Shown here in pieces: positions 25,702-36,970 of a DNA stretch of 64,000 nucleotides. The notes beneath the pieces were generated by a model. It made no database searches and was not told the DNA's origin. It saw nothing but the letters and a program-made list of their open reading frames with translations. How positions within the stretch are numbered: the first letter of the stretch is position 1; each line of letters starts with the position of its first letter. The stretch is taken from NCBI RefSeq assembly GCF_964204645.1, contig NC_134028.1:23370345-23434344 (forward strand), written 5' to 3'. The stretch comes from Tubulanus polymorphus. Taxonomy: Eukaryota > Animalia > Nemertea. Made by a program: the position numbers and the translations under genes.

Positions 25702-27146
25702 ATGAAGAGGATTAGTGAAATCGTTTTGTTCCTGGTGAGATGGAGTTTCGTGTGGCACTGAGCCTCGTTATAACGAACCCAATGCGCGCAGTATATAACT
25801 TTTTGGGAATGAACTACACAAATTTTGGTCGACGGGATAATGACCTATCCGTCGCTGCCAGCCTTTTGAAGTTTGTTGTAATGAAGTGCTGCTGTTTATA
25901 ATGAAAACCCACGTATATGTACAGATTAAAATGTATTGAAACCAAGAACTTAGCAAAAATTTAGAATAACATGACGCTTTGAACTCTCACTAGAGATCAT
26001 CACACCTGACGATGTTCTCCAATGAAAGTTCGAAACGTCGTGTCATCTTAAATTGTTTGATTAAATGAATTCTTGGTTTTGATACTTTTTTATCTGTACG
26101 TAGTGAGCCTTATTATTTCATACATTCTCTATTCCCCACGTTGGAGTGTGGGTTATTCTACTATCAGGTTTTGCTGTATTATCATAATTTCGTTCATGCG
26201 TTGGTAGGTGATCCAGTCATCCGGAGGAGTTTGGAGTCAGGTTGGTTCTGGAAGTGCAGTCGTAACAGAAAATCCATGCAGAATTTGCGATTCAAAAACA
26301 GACAAGTTTTGTTTGGTGGAAACTAACAAACACATGAAGAATATGACATGCCCGTCTGATAAAACATGCGGAGTAAGTTTAAACAATTATATCTTTCATT
26401 TATTCTAAAGTGATAATTTCTAACGCAGACATAACCAGCGTATAAAGGAAATTACCAAGACATTGAGGTTTACATAGGCGTCCCCAGGGGAGGATAGCGC
26501 GAACGTCCCTTCCTTTTTGTCAATCATGTCCTTTTTGAAATAATGAGTTAAATTTTCATATACCTTGTGAATCATGTGGTCTGCTCCAAACTTCGTACAC
26601 TAAGATCTAGCACCGGAAATATTTAGCAGGTATTTGTATTCAAAAAGCCCTTTATGCCAGTGTGTGGAAGAATCTAGTGGATTTGGCCACCCAACGCCCA
26701 GCGAATTTCCCCTACCCTTGAACATCCTAGGAACGCCCACTTGATTGCCTATAGTTCAGCTTCATTTGAACGAAGTATCCAGTCTATAAAACCGAACTGG
26801 TCTTTGACTTAAATTACATACAGAATATTCAAAAATTCTCTTTCAGGTACAGGCATATGTGTCCGCTTGCGGCGATATTACCAGGATAATTCGCGACTGT
26901 TTCCTAAAAACCAACTGCCCGGTGAAATGTGTCGACGGAACGGCGAAGAATACGTTCGTTTGTACCCAGTGTTGCCCGGACAGCGTGGTCGCAACAAGCG
27001 GCAAAAACTGCGATGCGATCAACTTCAATAGTTTGTCCTTCAATGTCGATATCAACAAAGGAAGCAGCGCATCTGTGACCAAAATCTCAGTAATTTCGCT
27101 CCTCCTTATTCAGTTCTTCATCTTCTTGTTTTATATTCAATTCTAA
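25702..27146 (+). CDS. Ly6/uPAR (three-finger, quiver-like) small Cys-rich protein, probably GPI-anchored
   Basis: Exons 25702-25734, 26208-26372, 26847-27146, all phase 0 with GT-AG. Signal peptide-like MKRISEIVLFLVIQSSGGVWS, CxxC start, C..CC..C end, Ser-rich spacer and hydrophobic C-terminal tail. Confidence 0.7.
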
Positions 27147-27460
27147 TTAGTAAACAAATTAGCGAGGGTATAAAGTAACATCTACCCATTTCAGACTCAA
27201 TGTATTTATTACAAAAGAAAAACAATTTCAAGGCAAAAGAAAAACACTTTCAGAATTTAGAAGTTTGGAAATTCGGCGCCAAACATAAAATCTAAAAATA
27301 ATCAACAATTAATCAGTGTAGTTTCTTATATATTAACTAAACAAAATCACTACTAGTATTAGAAAGATAACACGTTTTATGTTTTCCGAATAAAAAATAT
27401 TTGTAGCACTTTGTTATATTTAGCAGTCGGAAGATATCTCTTTTTATACATCATTTACTT

Positions 27461-29156
27461 TCATTTTGGTACTTGGCAATCGTTGACGATTGTAGCTATG
27501 CAAATTTTGACCTCGTCAGTCATTTCATCGGTGGCTTCACGTTCTACAAACTGATCGTTTGGCTCAAACACATTTATGCCATCATTCAATACATTGTTGA
27601 TGTATGATACGAACCATTCATTCTGGTCATTTTGCCCCGTAACCTCGTGGTCCTCTTGGGCATCTTTAGTCGCTGTCGTGTTCTCGCTACTCTCCTGCAT
27701 CTGAGGTTTTGGCGACGAAGTTCTAGCTACGAATTCAATTTGGTTCTGTAACGTAGTATTCGTGCTAGGAAAGCGCGGACCATTATCAAGATCCGGTGGA
27801 TAACCACACAGAATGTCCTCAACGTCGTTCAATAATGAAATATCTATCGTGTTCTCCGGTTGATTGCCATCGACGCGTATATCTTCGAAGAACGTTAGAT
27901 CGTTCAAATCCAAAGGATGATTTTCCGAAAACCAGCTTCTTATTTGGTGTAATTCCGTTTCGTACGAATCCGGCGTTCTATAAATCGGGGAACAACCACT
28001 TACGCAAGGTGGCAGATCTCGTGAAATCGGAGAAGTTGGGATCATTCCTGACTGAGTATCAGAAGCGGGATTATCTTGATATACTTGCGGGCCGTTTAAT
28101 ACAACGTCAGGAGCAGCTGGGATGGTCGAATTCCCTTGTAACGGATCGCAAAAGTTAGTAATCGATGGTAATACTACCGGAGGTCTCGGTAATGGCTGGA
28201 TCGGTGGGTAACCGTCTGCAAATAACTTTTAAATCGGTAATATTTCAAATTAAAAAAAGCAGTAAACTTTTCTGAGATTGATACATACCCAGAATTTTTT
28301 GTATGGCATTACCATTAGATTGATTCTGTGATTCACTATTCTCTGTCACTGGAACACCGGGAATATCCGCCAATCTTGCCGCTTCTTCAATAAGTTTCTC
28401 GATTTCATTTTCATCAGTCGACTCTTCAACAGTAAGCGCGCCCGAGTTTTCTTGTTGCTTGTCTAGCTCGCGCACGAGATCTGTATAGATTTTATCGCGG
28501 TTATAGCGATGATCTCGAATAGGTTTTATCAATTGCTGCTGTTGTTCGTCAGAGCTGGATTTTTCGGTCGTTTCTAGTTTTCCCCCCGAGTTTTTACATC
28601 TCTGACATTTACATAGTTCCGGCGGTCGCCAAGGGACGTGATGAGCTAGACATGGTTTACGCAATTGGTTCGCTCTTAGTTTGAAAGGCAACGGCATTTC
28701 GAAATATTCAGGTGGCACTGACCCGGACTCGGGTTTCGGGCAATTTGGTTTCTTTCGTATTTTACGCGTCACTATGTAACGAACTAAGTCCTCTCTGTCC
28801 CTTCGAAATAAAGGATGCCAAAAAACGGGGCGTCTGTCGTCGCCAGTTATCCAGGTAAAATCATATTCCCTCATTACTCGACGAAAGTTCACGAACGACT
28901 TTATTCTGACTAAATTCGGGTACAGCTGCATGACCGAGCTCTCAAATTCCGACTCACTGGTAACATAGAAACTGCGACCAGTATCGTCCCATTTTATCAG
29001 TTTCTCGTTGGCTTTCAAAATCAACCAGATTTTCTGTGGAAACTGAAGCCCGGCTGATAATGGTAGTATCAGGCCGTTCCTTTTATAGTAGGATAGATGA
29101 TTGTCTACGCGTATTCGTTTTTTGGTGGAAATCGCTTTAACTGTAGTAGACGCCAT
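27461..29156 (-). CDS. Divergent heat-shock-factor (HSF) DNA-binding-domain protein, 540 aa, 2 exons
   Basis: Exon 29156-28289, 73-bp GT-AG intron, exon 28215-27461 join in frame (1623 nt). FPQKIWLIL..LIKWDDTGRSFYV..F..V..YP..KSFVNFRRVMREYDF..FWHPLFRRDREDLV..I.RK matches the HSF winged-helix layout. Acidic/Pro-rich C-terminus. Confidence 0.8.
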
Positions 29157-29891
29157 ATCACGACAGCCCGACTGACGATACCACTAACTAAGTCTAATAT
29201 TAGACAGTAACACCGTCGTGTGGGCCGGGGTAACTGTGGCCAAAAACGGGTTGAATGTGGCCGGTCGTTGACGTTAAGTCAGGTGCCTCAGACTCAGTGG
29301 CCACTTTCGGAAAGTAGGAGCATTCGGCCCACACGATGGTATAGCCTATAAACTTCACCCACACGTTGGGACCGTTGGACGTACAGAGGACCAAATTATT
29401 CAAAATGAATCATATCTCGTACGTACCAGCAATTATTTACTGAAGTTGGAACCTGAATATAGGCCTGCGCAGTAATGGTGTCAAATCGGCCCACGTGCAT
29501 AGTATACGCGTGACAGAATCTTTCAACACGCAGTCTCACTTCAACTGTACTAATCACATGTATCAGTTTAATTGATTTTCCCGAATCTACAGCAGTTCAG
29601 TCAGCGCGCGATCGGGTTTTCCCAGGAGGGGAGGGGCTGCGCACGTGCCATCAGTACGGGAGCGTTGCATCCGTATTCTAGTAGAGAGACTAGCACTATT
29701 TTTCTATGATAGTTGCTTTTGACCAAAACCATAGGCGTGTACCGGTATTTGATTTCCTCATTCTATCGACAAAATTCCAAGCAAAGATGCGAACATATTC
29801 ATTGTGTAAAAGATCGATTTTTATTCATTTCTGATTTATAAAAAAAGATAAATAAAAAATGCAAAAAATTTGATGTTTTAATTTCAGACGA

Positions 29892-31141
29892 CTATCGTTT
29901 TTTGAATCCGTATTTCTTTCGTTCGTAGAATAAATCCGTTTTCGCGCTGCCGAGATTGACAATTTTTGGACAACCATCTCTCTGAAAAGACACATAGATC
30001 AACAATATGAGCGAAGAATGATTTTTTCAGGCAAATCTTAAATAAATTCAATGTTGTCGCGAATGATTTCGACCCAGTATATTGATGCACCACCTGGTGT
30101 TTCCAGCTGGTACTCGTAAAGGGCGTATCGACTTACATCTTTTTCCATAATAGTGCATTCTTTACAGTAATAAGCGTCAGAGACTCCCGGTCCACCACAA
30201 ATAACACATCGACCTTGATATGAACCATAGTTACATTCATCACATATTCTAACTAACGTACACGGCCGAACGTACGAATCACATATCACACACTTTCCAT
30301 CGCCTGAAAGAAAATAGGTGTAGGTTAAATCAAACTGACTAAAATAGTTGTTTCAAAATAATAAATTCTATCGTTCGTATAATTTAATTCGAAGTGTGGG
30401 ATTTCTTCATTTATCTACAGTGCATACGGATTAAAGTATTTATATGACTACTGTAATAACATCTTCACGCCGTCAAGGGATTCGAACGCACTACGCTAAA
30501 GCCGTTTCTCGAACCCCTTGACCTCACGAGTCGTTGGAGTTGTTACTAGCCGACCAGAATCCGGTCGTACCAATCACAGCGCTTGTAACAAACGGCATTA
30601 GGCTTCTGTTGGTTTTCCCGTTAAATGGACAAATCAGCGAACGTTTTACCGAACAAGGAAGTATTTCGCAAATCGATGTGACGTCATGCGCAACAGCGCC
30701 AGTAATGAAATCACACTTCGTGAGGCCAGGGGGCTGGTGGTAGCGAGTTCGGGAGTGATACCGGTCTCGTGGCAAGCGAGGATACTGTAATAAGTAATCA
30801 TGCATTTGAAGCAATTAAAAAATTTGATGAACTATCAGTTACTTACATTTTTCGCATAAACGACCAATAGCTGAAAGAAGAAAAAGTAAATTGAGATTCT
30901 CAGAGCGATCGAATAATTGCAAACGATTCATCGACGTTAAAAGCCCAAAATAAAACGTTTCGTTTCGATATTTAGTACGTCTTTTCACAAACTTCATATT
31001 TTGTGAACGCGTGAACGTCTCCTGTCCCCCAGCCCTCGAAATACCAGTCGGCTTTTTATAATTTATAGAAGTTTCAAAAGGTATCTTACCGACGCCGGGT
31101 TGTTTTCGGCAGAAAATTAAATCAGGATGATGCTTAGCCAT
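29892..31141 (-). CDS. PHF5A: PHD finger-like domain-containing protein 5A (SF3b subunit)
   Basis: Exons 31141-31090, 30870-30847, 30303-30137, 29981-29892 total 333 nt (110 aa): [39 protein letters not shown]...[14 protein letters not shown]. Confidence 0.98.
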
Positions 31142-31277
31142 TATTTGTACGTTGTCTACAAGGTTGCTTATAACAGGCTAAACGCGTAGCTCGCGACCGA
31201 CGAAACGAATCCGACCCTAAGCGATTCTGAAATAGTCGCCACCTCCATTCAGTGCCGGAACCAGTCCACAATTCAAG

Positions 31278-34200
31278 ATGTCAGCGCCCACGGAAAACGC
31301 GAATGACGGCGATGTCGAAGAAAATATCACTTTTCAGTCGCTTGTAAGAGTTCATTATTTCTAAAACTCCATCAGAATTTAATATACATCCATAATTTAC
31401 GGTTGATTCAATTAAGAAGTGCCAGCTCCGCTGCGATTGATTGAAAATCCTTCATGAAATGGAAAATGTGAGAAAAATTGCACTATTTACTACAAGAAAC
31501 CGATAGATAATTTATCAAATTTATCCTAGGGTCTCTGCGATATTCTATGTGAAGCTTGTAAACAAATGAAATGGACGAAACCGACGAAAATTCAGACTGA
31601 ATCGTTACCTGTTGCGCTGAAAGGTATAGTTTCACTCTTCTGAAAATTCATTTTCCTTATTTTTGAGAATTTATATATTTTGAAATGATATATTTCAGGT
31701 AACGATGTGATTGGACTGGCAGAAACGGGTTCAGGAAAGACTGGTTCTTTCGCTTTGCCAATATTACAGACATTATTGGAGAAACCACAGCGACTATACG
31801 CCCTGATCCTTACTCCAACGAGGGAGTTGGCTTATCAGATATCCGAACAGTTTGAGGCATTGGGTGCTTCCATAGGCGTCAAATGTGGTATGTACACTTT
31901 CGCTAGTTGGTCCATTCTAATTTAACCCTTTCAGTGCGTCTACACTGCAGTGCGGTATATGAATCGGTGATGGATTTTGTTAGTACACCGCACTGCGGTA
32001 TATTGGTGTAATTAGTAATTAGTTTTTATCTATTGAAATATGGCAGCACCTGTCAAACATAGTGAAATATTAGTTACTAAGGATACACTGCGCAGTGGTG
32101 TAGACGCACTATAGTGGTTTTCCTTTTATTCAACACGCTAGGGTCGAATTTTTCAAAATTTTCAAATTATCTCCAGGGCCCAGTTTCACGAAAAAGTTTA
32201 AGCCTAAAACGGTTAAGTTTGAATTGTTGTCCTCATTGAAAACATGAAGTAACCATTGGCAATTACACCAAAAATTTGAGTATAACTTTTTTGTGAAACC
32301 GAGCCCTGGGCCCAGTTTCACAAAAAAGTTAAACTGAAATTTTTGGTGTAATTGCCATTGGTTACTTCATATCTTCAATGAGGACAACAATTCAAACTTA
32401 ACAGTTTAAGCCTTAAACTTTTTCGTGAAACTGGGCCCAGCACTATAAGGTATTGATTAGTCAGCACTGAAAGGGTTAAGCTATACCTGGATATATTTTC
32501 TTAATTTTGCAAATGAACTAAATTTAGAACGTTCAATTAAATGATGAAGGACTACTGTGAACTTATTTTCTAGCTGTGATTGTTGGTGGTATGGATATGA
32601 TGGGTCAATCTCTAGCATTAGCCAAGAAACCTCACATTATTATCGGTAAGATTTCTCAAACAAAGACATGGATTTGTGAAAACCGAATTTCATTTTATTC
32701 TATTCATTTTAGACTGATGATGCCTTAGATATTTCTAGCATTTCATTGAGATTTACAATTGTGGGATTTTACATTCATTTTATTCTGATTAGTGCATTTT
32801 ATCGCATTTCAGCAACTCCAGGGCGTTTAGTGGATCATCTGGAGAATACAAAGGGTTTTCATCTGAGATCTTTGAAATATTTGGTAAGAATTGATTTTAG
32901 TTTAAACCGGAATTAAAACTGTTGATAGTTCAACTGAAACTGTTGTTACTGATCGTTTTCAATCCTTCAGGTCATGGATGAAGCTGATCGAATATTGAAT
33001 ATGGATTTTGAGCAAGAGGTATCGGAGTAAATTTGCGTGGATGGAGAAATAATTTGCTACTCTGTTGTAATCGTTTCTTGACTTAATTTTCTCAAAATCT
33101 GTTCCAGGTTGATAAAATTCTGAAGGTCATTCCTCGAGAACGCAATACGTACCTTTATTCGGCTACAATGACCAAGAAGGTTTGTTACCGATAGAAGAAC
33201 GAATCATGTTAAATCTCTTTGTACAGAGAAATAGAAAATTTTTTGAATTACTTCGAATATTTCTAGGTTCAAAAGTTGCAGCGGGCATCTCTCAAAAACC
33301 CGGTTAAAGTAGAAGTGTCATCGAAATATCAGACAGTTGATAAATTAGTGCAGTCATATTTATTTATTCCTGTCAAATATAAGGTAAAATCTCTCTTCAA
33401 ACATCAATTGTTAATTTATTTGTTACCATAAATTTGGATGAAATAAAAAATTTTGCATGTATTTTTCAGGATGCCTATTTGGTATACCTCCTGAACGAAC
33501 TCGCTGGCAACTCATTCATGGTATTTTGTAGTACTTGTGCCAATACTCAAAGGGTAGCTTTGATGTTGCGGAATCTGGGCTTTACGGCAATCCCCTTACA
33601 CGGCCAAATGAGCCAGGTATAAAACAAGATATTTTTTTAAGCGAAGTTGGAATAGATTTTTGTATAGTTGATAACATGTTTTAAAATGTGTTTTCAGGCA
33701 AAACGTCTCGGTACATTGAATAAATTCAAGAGTAAAGATCGTTCTATTCTAATAGCTACAGATGTCGCCAGCAGGTAACAATCTATTCTATCTAGAATTC
33801 AATGTCTTGAGTATCATGGAATTGGCTCAGAAATCCTTAAATCATTGGTATCAGGCATTTTCTGCAGATGAATCAACACACACGATTACAGCTCTTGAAA
33901 TCTACTGTGATGCTTGAAAATGTAGATTTCAGGATTCCTGGCTAAAGCATGACTACGATAATATATAAGCCCTGGAATTGGAGTAAAGTCCCCTGGAATT
34001 CAGTCAGGATTGGACAAATTTAAGAAAAATGTTTCCCGGATTTTGCCCTTTCGTCTATGAAACTCGGCTTAGGTATTCATTTGTAACTGCTATCATTATT
34101 TTTCTTTTAGGGGTCTCGATATTCCACATGTCGATGTCGTGTTAAATTTTGATATCCCGACTCATTCGAAGGATTACATACATCGTGTTGGTCGAACTGC

Positions 34201-34947
34201 CCGCGCCGGTCGTTCAGGCCGAGCTGTTACATTTGTTACACAGTAAGTAATTGAACTAGGCTAGATGATGACTGCAGGGTTCCTACAGATCAGGGAATTC
34301 CAGTTATTTTTCTATGCTGAGAAAATCGTGGAATTCTGACTCCTTACTTGAAAATCATGGAATTCGAATTTTTGGCGTCTTGTTATTGTGCTGTTGATGA
34401 GTGACACAAGAAGAAACCTCCTAAGAAGAAGTAGCCCCAACTGAGAATATCTCATAATTTAATCAGGGAATTTGAAATTTTGGTGACTTAGTTCTTGCTG
34501 CACAACTAAAATCTTGAGAAAAAGCAGCCTTCACCGAGGATTTTTTCCCCAATTTTGCCGAGTAAGATGGACTTTGCTGACATTTCTATTTGTCTATTTG
34601 AACCACGTTTTTCAGGTACGACGTCGAGCTGTATCAAAGGATAGAACATCTCATCGGGAAAACACTTCCGCTTTATGACACAAATGAAGAGGAAGTGATG
34701 TTGCTTATGGAACGGGTATCAGAAGCTCAGCGAATAGCTAAAATGGTAGGCAGCAGATATCTGAGAAAAACTTCCACTTTGCTGATATTTGAATACGGAG
34801 ACATGGAAATTAAAGTCGTTTAATTTATTTCAGGAAATGTCTGAAACTTTCGGAAAGAAGGCGGCGAAAAGAACGAAATCAGACGAAGCCGATGATACCG
34901 AAGAATCGTCAGGAGTCCGAAAGAAATTAAAGAAAAAGAAGAAATAA
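31278..34947 (+). CDS. DDX47: DEAD-box RNA helicase DDX47/Rrp3
   Basis: About 13 exons; Q motif [69 protein letters not shown], Lys-rich C-terminus. Confidence 0.95.
31922..32479. mobile_element. piggyBac-like MITE with nested Harbinger-like MITE dimer (32177-32437)
   Basis: TTAA target duplication and CCCTTTCAGTGC TIRs; inner GGCCCAGTTTCAC TIRs flanked by duplicated CAG. Confidence 0.9.
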
Positions 34948-36285
34948 ATCTTTTAAATGGTCAAATAAAATTATGTTAAAATCGATTTTTAATTTGTTTA
35001 ACATGTTTTTTTATTTCGGATTCGAACTTGATATTTGATAGACTGGTCGCCTGTCCAATTCTGCGCCACCTGCATTCGCAGCCAATGATGACATGATTTT
35101 TGTAGGCTTAAGCAAAATTTAACACTAAATGCGGAAAAAAGTGGCAGGTGGCAGTTTTTCACTTAGTGAATTGCATCAGTGCCTAATCATGACTTGTCTG
35201 ACTTATCACCTAGTATCCTCATGGACAGACCGACCCTGTACGCATGATTTGATACCGCCATACTCTTTGACCAAAATCAAAAATGGGATAAGAGTAAATT
35301 GGAACAAGAAACGAAATTCTAATATGGACTTTCCTAAATTTACATGATGATGTACCGTTTAATCCAGTATCAAAATTAAAGAAAACAATTTGTTTTTTTC
35401 AAATTATGGGTGGTAAGCACGGAAGTTTTCGGCAGAATTTCAGAGGATCGGTGCTCCAAGTAATTAAAAAAAGCCTAATATGTCTCCCCCTAATTGAATC
35501 AAGGAGTTTTTTTTAATGAAAATCTGTCTATTGACGGAATTCTGTGATAACAGTATGAATGATGATTAATCGTGAATAAATAGTGGGTTTCCCCAATGAC
35601 TCAAATAGACCGCTTTCCTCGTGCATGGTGTGAGTTAGTTATCTCGGGATCAGAACTGTCCTGTAGTTGTGACTTATAAACTAATTTCATTAGTAAACGT
35701 TTACGCGGTTTCTATTATATGAAGACCTGTGTTGGTGTGAATCTTTAACTGAAGTGCTATCGGTCGGTATAATTTATAAATTATTCTAGAATTTAAGAAA
35801 AATAAAAACCGGCGGCGGCTGTTGGGAATCAAGTAATTTATTTCATGGCCTTATTAAAGTTCCTCCACTATATTGTTCAGTTGGCTACTGGCGCGTATTC
35901 AACCCGGCGGTGGAACCTTTCATAATGTAAATCCATTCAACAATAGAGACACAATTGCGGTTTTTCAGAGTTGTTGATATCATTTATACGCGCTATTGAA
36001 TACGTCACCGGCTGACCACGGTGTACACAAGCATAAGCCATTCACCTCAGCTTACTCACACTGTGAACATGCTACCGTGGATTCTCCTCCTGGCGATCTT
36101 CGCTGCGCTCCCGCTCCTGCTCCTGTTCCTGCTTCCTGAGGAACGACGTCTTTATGTTTTATGTGTTACTGTTCGTCTCCGTGCTGTCCTGTACTGTTCC
36201 GTGTTAATTAATCCGTTCTATTTTTCAGGATTTAACCCCTTCTATTTTTCAGGGCCGATTTCTCCGTCGAATTTCAACGTTTGCT

Positions 36286-36970
36286 GGAACAAAACTAATG
36301 TCCGAAAGCGTCGGCTCTCCTTCGCCGGTCACGTGTTGTGGACAAAGAGTCGGTCAGGAAATGGCTGCCCTCTACACGCCCTCATACGGAACACGAAAAC
36401 CAGGATGACGAGGCCTCACTCTCCCCACGTATCAACAGAGTGTGCTTGGTGACGTCAATGACGGGCAAGTCAGTCAGATTGCACAGGTTAAAAGTGGAGT
36501 GGTAAAGCTGGACTGTCTACTAGTATTCATTGATTCCTTTTCAGGAATTGCTTCGGACAAAGATTTAGTCTTGTCTTCCTTTGCGTTCTAGCATTCATTG
36601 ATTCCTTTTAAGGGATTGCTTCGGGCAGGGATTAATTTCCCTGTCTTCCTTTGAGTGTTAGTATTCATTGATTCCGCGTGGGTTGCTTCGGGCAGGGCTA
36701 AGTCTTGTCTTCCTTTGGGTGCTAGTGCGGGCAATCCAATTGCGCTGCCCTACTTTTGGCTTGGGCAATTTGATAGGTTTGTCAGTTACTGGCGTCACCC
36801 GGCACACCCTGTCGGTAAATAGTGAAAGTAAGGCGTGGTCATCTTGGTTTTCGCGTTCTGTGTGAGAGCGTGTAGAGGGCAGTATATTCCTGGCTGGCTC
36901 TTTGTCTGGTGTTCTCGGCATGTGACCGGCGACGGAGAGCTGAAAAGCTTTCAGACATTATTTTTGTTCC
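36286..36970. repeat. Long diverged inverted repeat of an RTE-like LINE 3' fragment with a 3x about 69-bp tandem loop
   Basis: Arms 36286-36523 and 36722-36970 align as reverse complements. Left arm translates RKRRLSFAGHV (RTE C-terminal RRL.FAGH-like). Loop repeats TAGTATTCATTGATTCC at 36521, 36589, 36659. Confidence 0.75.

Noticed and set aside
27461-28045. 194-aa ORF as a separate gene
   Set aside because: Joins in frame to the HSF-domain exon through a 73-bp GT-AG intron.
30524-30814. ORFs inside PHF5A intron 2
   Set aside because: Short, non-ATG starts, no motifs; lie in a probable repeat element.
36021-36452. 143-aa ORF with hydrophobic N-terminus as a secreted protein
   Set aside because: Reads through duplicated splice-acceptor sequence into an RTE remnant; the hydrophobic part is CT-rich low complexity.
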